From Chloroflexota bacterium (lineage in GTDB: Bacteria; Chloroflexota; Dehalococcoidia; UBA2979): 64,000 nt of DNA. Made by a program: the position numbers and the translations under genes. This document shows, in pieces, positions 9,553-20,402 of this stretch. The notes beneath the pieces were generated by a model. That model ran no database searches and was not told the origin of the DNA. It saw only the letters and a list, made by a program, of their open reading frames with translations. The stretch is taken from positions 1,261-65,260 of the forward strand of contig QGNP01000001.1 of the NCBI GenBank assembly GCA_003228125.1, in the 5' to 3' direction. Position 1 is the stretch's first letter, and each line of letters starts with the position of its first letter.

Positions 9553-10329
9553 TTGTATAATTCTTTACAAAATCAAACAGCTTTAGTTATTGGTGGCACT
9601 AGAGGAATTGGGCGAAGTATTTCTACTAGATTGGCTTCTGAGGGAGTTAATCTAATTATTAATTATCATAAATCTGATGATTTGGCTAATCAAACTGTTA
9701 TTGAATGTGAAAAATATGGTGTAAATGTAAAATTAATTAAAGCAGATATTGGTATGCCTGATGATCTTAAAAATATTATTGATGAAATTATCTCTTTAGA
9801 AAAATTAGATATTTTAATTCTTAATGCAGCCAAAGGATTAGAGCGACCTAGGCAAGCTATTGAACAGAAAATTGGACATTTGCGCTCTACTTTAGACACT
9901 AATGTTTTAGGACCTTGGGAAATTATCAAATCTTCAAGTACGGTGATGAAAAAATCTGGAGGAGGTACAATTATAGGACTTTTAACACCAGGCTCACATT
10001 ATTATATTGATGGATATTCTGCAGTTGCTGTATCAAAGGCAGCATTTGAGACTTTAATTAAATACACAGCTGTGGAACTAGCATCAGAGAATATACAAGT
10101 TAATGGAGTTATGTCTGGTCTTGTTGAGGGAACAATTGGAAGTAAATCATTTGAAAACTTTCTTGATAAAATCGCAAAAATTACTCCGTCTGGTAGGAAT
10201 ATTAAAACCGAAGATGTATCGAACCTTGTCGCTTGGTTATGTTCAAATGAGTCTAAGATGATTGTGGGACAAACAATCAATATTGATGGTGGATTTACAT
10301 TGGCTTCTTGGAAAAATTTTCAAGACTAA
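9553..10329 (+). CDS. SDR oxidoreductase, FabL-type enoyl-ACP reductase-like
   Basis: GGTRGIG, LNAA, Y-x6-K ([10 protein letters not shown]), GQTINIDGG. Confidence 0.8.
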   Translation: MYNSLQNQTALVIGGTRGIGRSISTRLASEGVNLIINYHKSDDLANQTVIECEKYGVNVKLIKADIGMPDDLKNIIDEIISLEKLDILILNAAKGLERPRQAIEQKIGHLRSTLDTNVLGPWEIIKSSSTVMKKSGGGTIIGLLTPGSHYYIDGYSAVAVSKAAFETLIKYTAVELASENIQVNGVMSGLVEGTIGSKSFENFLDKIAKITPSGRNIKTEDVSNLVAWLCSNESKMIVGQTINIDGGFTLASWKNFQD

Positions 10330-11999
10330 CTAGTTACAGCGCCAATAGCAGCACTAGAGACATTCTTAGCATACTTTGCAAAAACACCTCTTTTATATTT
10401 ATGATTAATTGGTTGCCAATCAGATTTTCTTTTTTCTAAAGTTTTTTTATCTATTAATACCTCAAGTTTTCTATTAGGTATATCAAATTTAATGGTGTCT
10501 CCTTCAATCACAAGAGCAATTGGTCCACCAACTGCAGCCTCAGGAGCTACATGACCAGCCATTAAGCCTCTAGTTGCACCACTGAATCTTCCGTCAGTTA
10601 GTAACGCTACTGAATCATCAAGGCCAGCACCAACAAGAGCAGCTGTTACACCAAGCATTTCTCTCATGCCAGGACCACCTTTCGGTCCTTCGTTTCTTAT
10701 AATTAAAACATCACCTTTATTTATTTGATTATCCAATACTGCTTTCATGGCATCCTCTTCTTGCTCAAATATCCTTGCTGGACCTTCATGGGTTAATCTT
10801 TCATGTCCAGCAACTTTAATGACCGATCCATCTGGAGAAAGATTGCCTTTAAGGATTACTAATCCCCCTGTAGGCTTAATAGCATCTTTAATATCGAGTA
10901 TGACTTTTTGATCTTTTGTTTCAACTGCATCTTCAATTTCCATAGCAAGAGTTCTTCCAGTAACTGTGAGAATATTTCCATCAATTTTTTTTGCTTCTAG
11001 CAATTTTTTTGCAAGTAATTTTGTACCGCCAGCAATATCCCAGTCTAAAGCAACATATTTACCACCTGGTCGAAGATCTCCTATGAGAGGTGTCTGAGAA
11101 CTAATTCTATCAAAGTCATCAATCTCTAATGGGACACCAGCCTCATGAGCTATAGCAAGCAAATGCAATACGACATTTGTTGAGCCGCCGGTTGCAGCTG
11201 CGCAAGCTATACCATTGATCAATGCTTGTTTTGTTATAATATTTTTTGGTAGGATTCCTTGTTCTAAAACCTTCATTATTAACTGCCCAGATTCATATCC
11301 AAGTACTTTTTTTCTTTTGTCAGTAGCTCCAACTGTTGAGCTACCCATTGGAGACATTCCAATAAATTCCAAAACAGTTGCCATAGTATTTGCAGTATAT
11401 TGTGCACCGCACGAACCTGCACCAGGACAAGCAGCATCTTCAAGCGATGTTAATTCTTTTTCATCAAGATTGCCTGCAGCGTGTTGTCCAACTGCTTCAA
11501 AAACATCTTGTATTGTCACATCATTTCCTTGAAATTTTCCCGGTGCTATTGAACCACTATAAAGAATTACTGTAGGAATATTTAATCTTGCTGCAACCAT
11601 TGCCCCTGCTGGAATCGTTTTGTCACATCCGACTATGATAACTGCTGCATCAAAAGAATATCCGACTGCTGCTAATTCAATTGAATCTGCTATTAATTCT
11701 CTGCTAACTAGAGAAGCTTTCATTCCTTCAGTTCCCATAGATATTCCATCGCTAATTGATATTGTATTTACTTCCATTGGAGTACCGCCACTATTTGCAA
11801 CGCCAGCCATAACATCTTGAGCTAACTCCCTGTGACTAAAATTACAAGGCATTGTACCAATCCAACTATGCGCAACCATAACTAACGGTTTTTTTAAATC
11901 TTCAGAGTTATAACCAACTGATTTAAAATAAGATCTTGCTGGGGCTCGATCAGGTCCATCAACTAATTTTTTACTTTTATGCCTTTGATCGAATGTCAT
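10326..11999 (-). CDS. ilvD: Dihydroxy-acid dehydratase
   Basis: [51 protein letters not shown]. Confidence 0.97.
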   Translation of the reverse strand: MTFDQRHKSKKLVDGPDRAPARSYFKSVGYNSEDLKKPLVMVAHSWIGTMPCNFSHRELAQDVMAGVANSGGTPMEVNTISISDGISMGTEGMKASLVSRELIADSIELAAVGYSFDAAVIIVGCDKTIPAGAMVAARLNIPTVILYSGSIAPGKFQGNDVTIQDVFEAVGQHAAGNLDEKELTSLEDAACPGAGSCGAQYTANTMATVLEFIGMSPMGSSTVGATDKRKKVLGYESGQLIMKVLEQGILPKNIITKQALINGIACAAATGGSTNVVLHLLAIAHEAGVPLEIDDFDRISSQTPLIGDLRPGGKYVALDWDIAGGTKLLAKKLLEAKKIDGNILTVTGRTLAMEIEDAVETKDQKVILDIKDAIKPTGGLVILKGNLSPDGSVIKVAGHERLTHEGPARIFEQEEDAMKAVLDNQINKGDVLIIRNEGPKGGPGMREMLGVTAALVGAGLDDSVALLTDGRFSGATRGLMAGHVAPEAAVGGPIALVIEGDTIKFDIPNRKLEVLIDKKTLEKRKSDWQPINHKYKRGVFAKYAKNVSSAAIGAVTS

Positions 12000-12009
12000 T
12001 TTTTTCCTA

Positions 12010-12537
12010 TTATATTAATTTTGGAAGATCTGCATCTTTTGAATGGCCATTTTTTTTAGGACAGAATAGGCAATTGCCATCTTCTTCAACAATTTTATGG
12101 CATAATGGGCATTTTGGTCTACCTGTCGAAGCAAGCAGTCTTGTTTTTTCAATAAATTCATTAGTCATTTTTCTAGATAGTTCAATTCTTAATTTTGGAC
12201 TTTCTCCATTTTCGATTGATTCTTGGTCGTCAAATAATATAATGATGTGGTCTTCGCTAGCAAGATAGTCAACTCCAATCCTTAATAAATTAATTTCTAG
12301 GCTCGGTGTCAATGGAAATTCTATTTCTTCTAATGCATTTATTATATTTTTTTCAATTGCTACTACGTTATCTGCTAATAATTGAGAGCATGCTCTACCG
12401 AGAGAAATAAGTTGATCTTTTTCTATCCATAATAAGCAAATATCAGTATTTTTTTCAATTAAAATATAAAATATTCTGTTTCCTGCTTGTCCTTGAAAAT
12501 GCGTATCTATTCTATTTACTAGTTGATAATTTTTCAT
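12010..12537 (-). CDS. DUF3090 family protein
   Basis: [17 protein letters not shown]-terminal GRPKCPLC...FCPKKNGH. Confidence 0.85.
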   Translation of the reverse strand: MKNYQLVNRIDTHFQGQAGNRIFYILIEKNTDICLLWIEKDQLISLGRACSQLLADNVVAIEKNIINALEEIEFPLTPSLEINLLRIGVDYLASEDHIIILFDDQESIENGESPKLRIELSRKMTNEFIEKTRLLASTGRPKCPLCHKIVEEDGNCLFCPKKNGHSKDADLPKLI

Positions 12538-12663
12538 ATATTTATTCTCGCATTATTATTTATATAAAATTTATATAAAATTAATAATAATTTTATCATT
12601 CATTATTAACAAAGAATGTTTAGATAAACTATCATATCACTATGAATAAGTCAGCACATCATT

Positions 12664-13587
12664 ATGAATAACTCAATGTATCCTAATTTATCTGCACATT
12701 CACGGGTCTTTATTGACGAAAACTTGTCTAAGCATACTTATATACGCATTGGCGGTAAAGCTAAATACTTTATTAAAGTAGGTTCAATAATTGATCTAAA
12801 AAAATTATTAAGTTGGGTAAAATCAAAAAATATCCCATATATAATTCTTGGTGCTGGGTCTAATGTATTAGTAGATGATGATGGTTGGAATGGTTTAGTC
12901 ATTTCATTTAAAGATTCAATGAATAACTTGCAAGTAAAGCAAAATAAAATTGTTGCTGGCTCAGGCGTTATGTTGCCTAAATTATCCAAAGTTGCACAAA
13001 AACATTCACTCGCTGGACTTGAATTTGCAATTGGAATTCCCGGAACGTTAGGTGGAGCTTTATATAGCAATGCTGGAATCAGTAATGTTGATCAAATTAG
13101 TAAGATTATTAAGAATGTAACTGTTTTACGAGATAGTAAATTGTTAACTATTGACTTAGAAAACATCAAATTTGATTATAGATATTCAAGTTTGAAAGAA
13201 AATTGCGAAATAATTGTAGAAGCTGAATTAAGCTTAAGTTTAGAAAATCAAGAAATTATTGATAAAAAAATGCAATGTATTATGCAATATCGTAAGTTAA
13301 CTCAGCCAGCTTCAACAAAAAATGCCGGTTCAATTTTTAAAAATCCTGCGGATTTATCCGCAGGAAAATTGATTGAAGAAGCAAATCTTAAAGGGGTCCA
13401 GATAGGAGGAGCAATGGTTAGTTCTAAGCATTCAAATTTCATTGTTAATGAAAAAAATGCCACTGCAAAGGATGTTGCTGATTTGATGATGATTATTCAA
13501 AATAAGGTATATGAAAATACTGGGATTTTATTGCAACCTGAGGTAGAATGGTTAGGGAATAAAAAAATTCCAAATATTTTTCAATAA
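12664..13587 (+). CDS. murB: UDP-N-acetylmuramate dehydrogenase
   Basis: HTYIRIGG, LGAGSNVL, GIPGTLGGA..NAG, YRYS, AGSIFKNP, SKHSNFIVN, LQPEV. Confidence 0.96.
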   Translation: MNNSMYPNLSAHSRVFIDENLSKHTYIRIGGKAKYFIKVGSIIDLKKLLSWVKSKNIPYIILGAGSNVLVDDDGWNGLVISFKDSMNNLQVKQNKIVAGSGVMLPKLSKVAQKHSLAGLEFAIGIPGTLGGALYSNAGISNVDQISKIIKNVTVLRDSKLLTIDLENIKFDYRYSSLKENCEIIVEAELSLSLENQEIIDKKMQCIMQYRKLTQPASTKNAGSIFKNPADLSAGKLIEEANLKGVQIGGAMVSSKHSNFIVNEKNATAKDVADLMMIIQNKVYENTGILLQPEVEWLGNKKIPNIFQ

Positions 13588-13621
13588 TTTTGAGTTAATT
13601 TTTTAAATTACGTAGGTAAAA

Positions 13622-14206
13622 ATGGGAAAAACATATGATTCTGAAAAAGAGGTCTCCATTGAGGTTTCTGAAGATTTGAAGAATGAAATTTTTTTATTTA
13701 TTCGAGATTGGAAAAATACTCGCGCTTGGTTAATGACAAGAAGAAAAGATACTCGAGAAATAATGCGTCCAGTTGGTTCTTTTATAAATAAAGATTGGTC
13801 GGTTGGCACAATAACGCAAGATTTACATATCAAAACCACGCATGTTAAAAATGATCCAATCACAGGATATTTATGGGTAGAAATGGATAGTGAAAGATAC
13901 GGAAGAATGGATTATCCAAGAAATGTTTGGATGCAAGGCTCTGCTGATTTAATAGATGATGAAAAAGAAGTTAAAAATTTTTTTGATAAAAGATCTGCAG
14001 CAACTGGCAGAGGAGATGCTCATCCTACAGATGATACTTATAAAAGAATGTTGATTAATACTAAACCAGAGTATATTCGTGCCGAAGGTTTTTATAAGGA
14101 CAATCCTATGAGGGCAGTGATTATTCGCGACTTTTCATTACATATAAATTTAACCGATGATGAAATATTTAATACATTAAATAATGAAAGATCATTGGAG
14201 CAATAA
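13622..14206 (+). CDS. Pyridoxamine-5'-phosphate-oxidase-like split-barrel flavin/F420-binding protein, copy 1
   Basis: LMTRRKD...MRPV, K..HVKNDP, VWMQG.A pattern; paralog of the next gene. Confidence 0.65.
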   Translation: MGKTYDSEKEVSIEVSEDLKNEIFLFIRDWKNTRAWLMTRRKDTREIMRPVGSFINKDWSVGTITQDLHIKTTHVKNDPITGYLWVEMDSERYGRMDYPRNVWMQGSADLIDDEKEVKNFFDKRSAATGRGDAHPTDDTYKRMLINTKPEYIRAEGFYKDNPMRAVIIRDFSLHINLTDDEIFNTLNNERSLEQ

Positions 14207-14207
14207 A

Positions 14208-14717
14208 ATGGGAGAAGTCTGGAATAAAGAAAAAAAGATCGATGATAATGAATCTGAGCAATATAGAGATATTATTCGTGAATTTATTTCAAAGTATCAT
14301 TCTACAACATTATCTTATTTTTTAACGATTAGAAAAAATGGCCAACCAGTGATGAGACCTGTTTCAACTTTTGTAGAAGGATGGGATATATATACAATAA
14401 GCCAGCATCACCAAGTTAAAGTTCAACATGTTAAAAATAATGCCAATGTGGGTTATTTATTTACTGATAATGAAGGAGATGCCTACATGCCACTTGGTTA
14501 TACCAAAAATGTGTGGGTTTCAGGTATTTGTGAAATTATTACTGATCAATCAGAAATAGAAGAATTTTTTATCAGACGTGAAAAAGGGACTGGGCAAGGC
14601 GATGCACATCCGCATGATAATACTTACACCAGACTTTTATTTAAAACTAAATTGAACTATTTACGTGCAGAAGGATTTGCTGAGCATGCAAGACCTATTA
14701 TCTATAAACATTTCTAA
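14208..14717 (+). CDS. Pyridoxamine-5'-phosphate-oxidase-like split-barrel flavin/F420-binding protein, copy 2
   Basis: FLTIRKNGQPVMRPV, KVQHVKNNANV, VWVSG; ATG 14208 lies 1 bp after the upstream stop. Confidence 0.7.
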   Translation: MGEVWNKEKKIDDNESEQYRDIIREFISKYHSTTLSYFLTIRKNGQPVMRPVSTFVEGWDIYTISQHHQVKVQHVKNNANVGYLFTDNEGDAYMPLGYTKNVWVSGICEIITDQSEIEEFFIRREKGTGQGDAHPHDNTYTRLLFKTKLNYLRAEGFAEHARPIIYKHF

Positions 14718-14719
14718 TT

Positions 14720-15085
14720 ATGAATAAAATTAATAAGCTTGCTGGTGTGATTATCTGGACAGAAAATTTTGATGTGATGTATGATTTTTATACTCAAAAA
14801 TTAGGGTTAGTGCCTCATACATTAAAAAAAGAATCTGTCAATTTTCACTGGGACAACTTAAAATTTACTATAGCCTTTCATCAAAAAGTACGATCATTTT
14901 CTAAAGACAAATATCGTATTATGTTAAATTTTGAAGTAGATAATATTGATTCAATGTATAAATTATTTTTTTCAAAAGATGTTGAATTTATTAGAAAACC
15001 AAGTGATGAAAAATGGGGCAAAGTAGCTAGTTTTTTAGATCCTGATCAAAATATTATACAAATAATACAAAATTATAAAAAATAA
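14720..15085 (+). CDS. VOC/glyoxalase family protein
   Basis: FYTQKLGL, LNFEVDNID, WGKVASFLDPDQNIIQ. Confidence 0.88.
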   Translation: MNKINKLAGVIIWTENFDVMYDFYTQKLGLVPHTLKKESVNFHWDNLKFTIAFHQKVRSFSKDKYRIMLNFEVDNIDSMYKLFFSKDVEFIRKPSDEKWGKVASFLDPDQNIIQIIQNYKK

Positions 15086-15142
15086 TATTTTTTTGTCTAG
15101 CTTTTTAGTGTTTTCATATTAGAATTAATTTATTATTGGAGT

Positions 15143-15406
15143 TTGATAATGACTCAATTAGTTTTTTGGTTACTTTCTTTTGTATTAATTTTTTTAATGG
15201 GATTTATGGGATTTCGTTCATTTATTGGTAATGCAAATGCTGGAAAACACACAATATATACTCATTTAGAGAATAGAGAAAACATAATGAAAAAATTATT
15301 GCAGGATGATTTTTTAAATAAAATTGTTGTTTTTTCAGGCGCATTGACTCTCCTTTTATTAAATACCTTACTTGTATTAGCTTTATTGTTTTTTCCTTCT
15401 CACTAA
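15143..15406 (+). CDS. Small two-TM membrane protein
   Basis: Two hydrophobic stretches; GGAG just upstream; fills the gap in a co-directional gene run. Confidence 0.55.
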   Translation: MIMTQLVFWLLSFVLIFLMGFMGFRSFIGNANAGKHTIYTHLENRENIMKKLLQDDFLNKIVVFSGALTLLLLNTLLVLALLFFPSH

Positions 15407-15428
15407 ATATAAAATTTGGAATGAGTAA

Positions 15429-16157
15429 TTGTTGATTAATATTGCACATAGAGGCTTGTCTGCCATTGCTCCTGAGAACACACTTTATTCCTTTGATCGT
15501 GCACTTCAATCTGGGATGAATCATTTAGAATTTGATATACAATTGAGTTCAGATAAAATTCCTGTTGTTATTCATGATGACAGACTAGATAGAACTACAA
15601 ATTTAGTAGGAAAAGTAAATGAACGTACTATTGCAGAGCTTAGAAAAGCTCAAGCATTAAATAATTTTAATTCACTGCATAATGTAGATAAAAAATTATT
15701 AGGAATTCCAACTCTTGATGATTTATTAATTCGGTATACAGATAAAGCACATTTGTATATTGAGCTAAAATCTCCTGATCATGCTTTACCTGAAATTGTT
15801 GCAGAAAGTTTAATTAAAAATAATGCTCTGAAATACTCGTCTAGTCCACCTCAATCAGCCCCAGGATTAACTATTATTGGATTTTCTCTAGAACAAGTTT
15901 TACGTTCTAAGTATCTTTTACCGAAAGTTAAACATGGATGGCTAAGATACGATCTTCATGAAATCGATATTAATTTAGTGAGTAACTTAGAACTTGATGG
16001 TATCTATCCTTTTGTTAAAAATATTAAAAAAGATTTAGTTCATTTTGCAAAGAAAAAAAATATAGTGGTTGGTGTATGGGGAGTTGAAACAAAAAAAGAA
16101 TATAATAATTTATTATCGATGGAAGTCCACGGCGCTACAGTTAATTGGGTGCCTTAA
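15429..16157 (+). CDS. Glycerophosphodiester phosphodiesterase (UgpQ/GlpQ family)
   Basis: IAHRG...PENT, EFDIQLS.D, VIHD..LDRTT, IPTL, IELK. Confidence 0.93.
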   Translation: MLINIAHRGLSAIAPENTLYSFDRALQSGMNHLEFDIQLSSDKIPVVIHDDRLDRTTNLVGKVNERTIAELRKAQALNNFNSLHNVDKKLLGIPTLDDLLIRYTDKAHLYIELKSPDHALPEIVAESLIKNNALKYSSSPPQSAPGLTIIGFSLEQVLRSKYLLPKVKHGWLRYDLHEIDINLVSNLELDGIYPFVKNIKKDLVHFAKKKNIVVGVWGVETKKEYNNLLSMEVHGATVNWVP

Positions 16158-17821
16158 CTTTTCTTTTGCGCTTGCATTTTTCCTTTTTCAATGTTTACAA
16201 ACTTTAATAGTATCATGCCTGCTATCATCAAAATAAGTAAAGAAAGAATTGCAATTTTGCTGTCCCATTTAGAAGAAAAAATTGCATAACTTAATGGCCC
16301 TAGAATAGTGGCAGTTCTTCCAATTAATGCAAAAAAACCAAAAAATTCTGCGCTTTGATCTACTGGTACCATGTATGCATAAATACTTCTAGCTAATGCT
16401 TGGCTACCTCCCATAAAAATACCTAATAAACTGCCTAATATTAACCACTGTATATTAATGCCAATGTTTAAAGGTATCCATACATTATTTCTAACTAAAT
16501 TAGTCCACCAACTTAATTTATATCGTTCAATATTTGAAGGGTGCAAATTTCCTACTATTGTTTTTATTCCTGTATTTTCTTGAGTTGCGATACTTAACTT
16601 GTAGTTATTATTTTTAATTTCTGTAAATATGCTATCTATTTCTTGACGAGTTAATTCTTGTTTATTTTCAAATACTTTGTTGGTAGGTAAAATCTGATTA
16701 ATTTTTTTTAATTCACTATCACTAATTTTATTTATTTTTTCTATTATAAAAGTTTGATTAATTTCTACTATTTGAACATCGAATTCATCGAATTCATTTG
16801 GAATCATTGGTGCAAATGCCAGAGCAAATATAGTTAATCCAATCCAACCAAACAGAGCAATTATGAGAGCTTTTTTAGCAGTGAGTATCTCTGCTATTTT
16901 AGAAAATAATAATGCGCCAGGCGCAGCAATAAATTGAACTATCAAGATAGTAGACATATTAGAAATTAATGACACTCCTAGAACATCGGCTCCAAATGCT
17001 CCTGCTACTGACAATACTGTCGCAATACCATCAGTGAATAATAAGTATGCAATTAAATAAATTCCAAGTATTTTATAGCGCCTGATATTTTTGATAGTCT
17101 GGAATACTTTTTTAAAAGATTCATCTAAAGATTTTTTTGCAATGATTTTATTACTTTGCTCTTTTTTTGGTTCTGGGACTAACTTGAATGTTAATATTGA
17201 CCAACCAATCCACCATAATCCAACTGATGCAATACAAGCACGTGTTATTAAATCGAGGGAATCAGAATTTGTATATGATACAACAATTGCTAAATGTATC
17301 AACAAAAGTAGTCCTCCTCCAATGTATCCATAAGCAAAACCACGTGCACTTACTTTATCTAGAAATTTTGGAGCAACAACATGAGGTAGTAATGCATTAT
17401 AAAATGCTGTTCCACCGATAAATCCTATATTTGCAGTTACGAAGCATCCAAAAAACCAAGCCCATGGATTATTAAAGTAAGGTGAAAAAAACATAAGCAT
17501 GGTTGCTATAGAGCCTATTGCTGTATAGATAAGTAACATTTTTTTCTTCGTTCCAGTTTTATCTGCGAAAGCACCCAAAACTGGACCAGTAAACATGACA
17601 ATACTAGCTGATAAAGCAATAGCAAGACTCCACATAGCACTTCCAGATAAATTCATTCCCAAAAAATTGGCTGTGTCACCAAATTTATCTTGAAATAAAG
17701 CTATAAAATATATGGGAATTATGGCAACAATAGTCGTCGCAAAACCAGAATTTGCCCAGTCATACATGCACCAGCCATTGATTATTTTATGTTGTTCTTT
17801 TGACAAATCTTTAAATTGCAT
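16154..17821 (-). CDS. MFS transporter, UMF1/Atg22-like, with a large soluble insertion
   Basis: WCMYDWANS, FYNALLP, GFAYGYIGG, GGSQALARS, EFFGF. Confidence 0.88.
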   Translation of the reverse strand: MQFKDLSKEQHKIINGWCMYDWANSGFATTIVAIIPIYFIALFQDKFGDTANFLGMNLSGSAMWSLAIALSASIVMFTGPVLGAFADKTGTKKKMLLIYTAIGSIATMLMFFSPYFNNPWAWFFGCFVTANIGFIGGTAFYNALLPHVVAPKFLDKVSARGFAYGYIGGGLLLLIHLAIVVSYTNSDSLDLITRACIASVGLWWIGWSILTFKLVPEPKKEQSNKIIAKKSLDESFKKVFQTIKNIRRYKILGIYLIAYLLFTDGIATVLSVAGAFGADVLGVSLISNMSTILIVQFIAAPGALLFSKIAEILTAKKALIIALFGWIGLTIFALAFAPMIPNEFDEFDVQIVEINQTFIIEKINKISDSELKKINQILPTNKVFENKQELTRQEIDSIFTEIKNNNYKLSIATQENTGIKTIVGNLHPSNIERYKLSWWTNLVRNNVWIPLNIGINIQWLILGSLLGIFMGGSQALARSIYAYMVPVDQSAEFFGFFALIGRTATILGPLSYAIFSSKWDSKIAILSLLILMIAGMILLKFVNIEKGKMQAQKKS

Positions 17822-17893
17822 GTTATTAATTAGTTACTAGCATATTGTTTTTTTAATTTGATTAAAATTTGTTTATCCAATTAAGGATTTTTT

Positions 17894-18631
17894 ATGGAAA
17901 TAATAATCATCATAGGTATGATATGTTTTTTTGGAGCATTTGTACAATCATTAATTGGATTTGGTTATGCAGTTTTCGTAACACCATTAATTTCTCTTAT
18001 ACTTGGTCCAAAATTGGCAATAGTTTTTTCTATTATCACAAGTACATTTACTTCCTATATACTTTTTTTTCATCGTGGTGCTTATTCAGAATTAAAAAAT
18101 GTTAGGACACTGGCATTAATGGCAATTATTGGCACGCCGGTAGGTATATTTTTATTATTTTATTTTAATGAAAATATTATTCGTTTTTTAATTTCCATCG
18201 CTATTTTTGTGAGCGCTGGTGTTACATTAAGAAAGAAAAATAATGCCAAGCATAATGATAGAATCTCTCTGCAAATTATTTTTGGTCTAATGTCAGGTGT
18301 TATGAGAGGGACTGTTTCAATGGGAGGGCCACCTGTAGTTATTTATCAAAATTGGGTAGGTGGTACGCCAGATGTTATTCGTAATAAAATGTATGCTTTT
18401 TTTGCGTGGATCAGTCCAGTTGGAATTATTTTTCTTCTACCATCCGGACTAATTGATTTTGATTTAATTAAATTAATTCCAACCTCCATTGTATTTATTA
18501 GCTTGGGAATATTCGTAGGTGTGAAAAATAGAGCCAAGATTTCTAGTAGATTGTTTCATTATTTATCTGTATCATTATTATTCTTGGTAAGCGTGATTGG
18601 CATTACAAATACTCTATTGATATGGTTTTAA
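17894..18631 (+). CDS. TauE/SafE-family (sulfite exporter) membrane protein
   Basis: GAFVQSLIGFG, GTPVG, G.MSG....SMGGPP. Confidence 0.85.
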   Translation: MEIIIIIGMICFFGAFVQSLIGFGYAVFVTPLISLILGPKLAIVFSIITSTFTSYILFFHRGAYSELKNVRTLALMAIIGTPVGIFLLFYFNENIIRFLISIAIFVSAGVTLRKKNNAKHNDRISLQIIFGLMSGVMRGTVSMGGPPVVIYQNWVGGTPDVIRNKMYAFFAWISPVGIIFLLPSGLIDFDLIKLIPTSIVFISLGIFVGVKNRAKISSRLFHYLSVSLLFLVSVIGITNTLLIWF

Positions 18632-18939
18632 TAGATTTTATTAAGGAGGATATTATCAATCCATTAGATGAAAATCAAATAGAAATAAATTTAGCTGAAT
18701 TAAATGATTGGAAATATATTGACCATAGCATCGTTAAATCTTTCAAAACTAATAGTTTTACAGAAGCAATAGGCTTTATTGTAATGATTTCCATTGAAGC
18801 AGAAAAAATGAATCATCATCCTGTCATTATAAATACTTATAATGAAGTTAAAATTAAGCTATCAACGCATGATTCTTCTGGCATTACAAGTAAAGACTTT
18901 TTGCTAGCTAAAAAAATTGATTCTCTTTTCTCTTTTTGA
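18622..18939 (+). CDS. phhB: Pterin-4-alpha-carbinolamine dehydratase
   Basis: AEKMNHHP, LSTHD..GIT.KDF.LA. Confidence 0.9.
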   Translation: MVLIDFIKEDIINPLDENQIEINLAELNDWKYIDHSIVKSFKTNSFTEAIGFIVMISIEAEKMNHHPVIINTYNEVKIKLSTHDSSGITSKDFLLAKKIDSLFSF

Positions 18940-18967
18940 AAAAAATGATACAGACTAAGAAATTTCA

Positions 18968-20359
18968 ATGCGAAAATTAAAACTGAATTCAAATGTTATT
19001 ACTGATGGTCAATGTATTATTTATGTGATGAGTCGAGATCAACGATTAAAAGATAATCATGCAGTTATTTATGCTCAAAATTTATGTTTAGAATTAAAAT
19101 TACCATTAATAATTGTGTTTAATATTTTAGAAAAATCAGGAAACAGATCCAGGGAACATTATTTATTTATGCTAGAAGGTTTAAAGTTAATTGAACATGA
19201 ATGTCAAGAGAAAAATATTACTTTTGTATTAACAATTGGTGATGCAATTAAAGAAATCACTGCTTTAGCAAAAAAAATGAATCCTCAAGAAATTGTCTTT
19301 GATTTTAATCCATTAAAAAGAACTCGTAACATTCAAAAATCTATTACTTCAAAAATTATGTGCGCATCGGTCGTAATAGATACACACAATATTATTCCGA
19401 TTTGGACGCTGTCTGATAAGGAGGAGTATGCTGCTCATACTATTAGGCGTAAAGTTCATAAAAATTTAAAAGATTGGTTAGTTGAGCCAGCTAAAATTAT
19501 CATGCATCCTTATAAATTAAATATTCATATTGAAGATAATAATTGGATTAAAGCACGACGATCGATTAATTTTGTTAAATCAAGTGGAATTAAAATCATG
19601 TGCAAGCCAGGTTATCAGGAAGGATCATTGATGCTCAGAGATTTTATTTTTAATAAACTTGATAATTATGCTCAATTACGTAATTCTCCAATAGAAAATG
19701 GTCAAAGTAACTTAAGTCCATATATTCATTTTGGACATATTTCATCTTTGCGAATAGCATTAAATATTTTAAAAACATGTAATGAAGAATTATTATTATT
19801 TCAATTTGGAAAACTCGTTTCATATGAAGGTATCCCATCTAGGATGGACAGTATTAATGCTTATATTGAAGAACTGGTTGTCCGTAAAGAATTAGCAGAT
19901 AATTTTTGTTTTTATAATCATAAGTATGATTCATTAGAAGGTGCTAAGGAATGGGCGAAGTTAACATTAAAACTGCATGCTAATGACAGACGTATATTTC
20001 AATACAAACTTCAAGATTGGCAAAATGCAAAAACGCATGATTTAGCATGGAATGCAGCACAAAAAGAACTGTCGCATACTGGAAAAATGCATGGATATAT
20101 GCGAATGTATTGGGCAAAAAAAATACTAGAATGGTCAGAATCTCCAGAATCAGCAATTGAAACAGCAATATACTTGAATGATTTTTATTCATTAGATGGT
20201 GGAGATCCTAATGGTTATGCGGGAATTATGTGGTCAATTGCTGGAGTTCATGATCGTGCATGGTTTGAAAGAGATGTGTTTGGAAAGATTCGATATATGA
20301 ATTATAAAGGACTTAAGAGAAAATTTAATTTAGAAAAATATATTCAAATGTGGCAATAA
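18968..20359 (+). CDS. phrB: Deoxyribodipyrimidine photolyase, class II
   Basis: MSRDQR..DN, SNLSPYIHFG, EELVVRKELADNF, GKMHGYMRMYWAKKILEW, LDGGDPNGY, FGKIRYM. Confidence 0.95.
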   Translation: MRKLKLNSNVITDGQCIIYVMSRDQRLKDNHAVIYAQNLCLELKLPLIIVFNILEKSGNRSREHYLFMLEGLKLIEHECQEKNITFVLTIGDAIKEITALAKKMNPQEIVFDFNPLKRTRNIQKSITSKIMCASVVIDTHNIIPIWTLSDKEEYAAHTIRRKVHKNLKDWLVEPAKIIMHPYKLNIHIEDNNWIKARRSINFVKSSGIKIMCKPGYQEGSLMLRDFIFNKLDNYAQLRNSPIENGQSNLSPYIHFGHISSLRIALNILKTCNEELLLFQFGKLVSYEGIPSRMDSINAYIEELVVRKELADNFCFYNHKYDSLEGAKEWAKLTLKLHANDRRIFQYKLQDWQNAKTHDLAWNAAQKELSHTGKMHGYMRMYWAKKILEWSESPESAIETAIYLNDFYSLDGGDPNGYAGIMWSIAGVHDRAWFERDVFGKIRYMNYKGLKRKFNLEKYIQMWQ

Positions 20360-20402
20360 TAAAATATATTCAAATAATATGAAATTACTGATTTTCTTTG
20401 AT

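Noticed and set aside
11215-12268. Several 60-110 aa plus-strand ORFs within ilvD and DUF3090, and similar short ORFs inside other genes
   Set aside because: Antisense or off-frame shadows of well-supported genes, with no motifs of their own.
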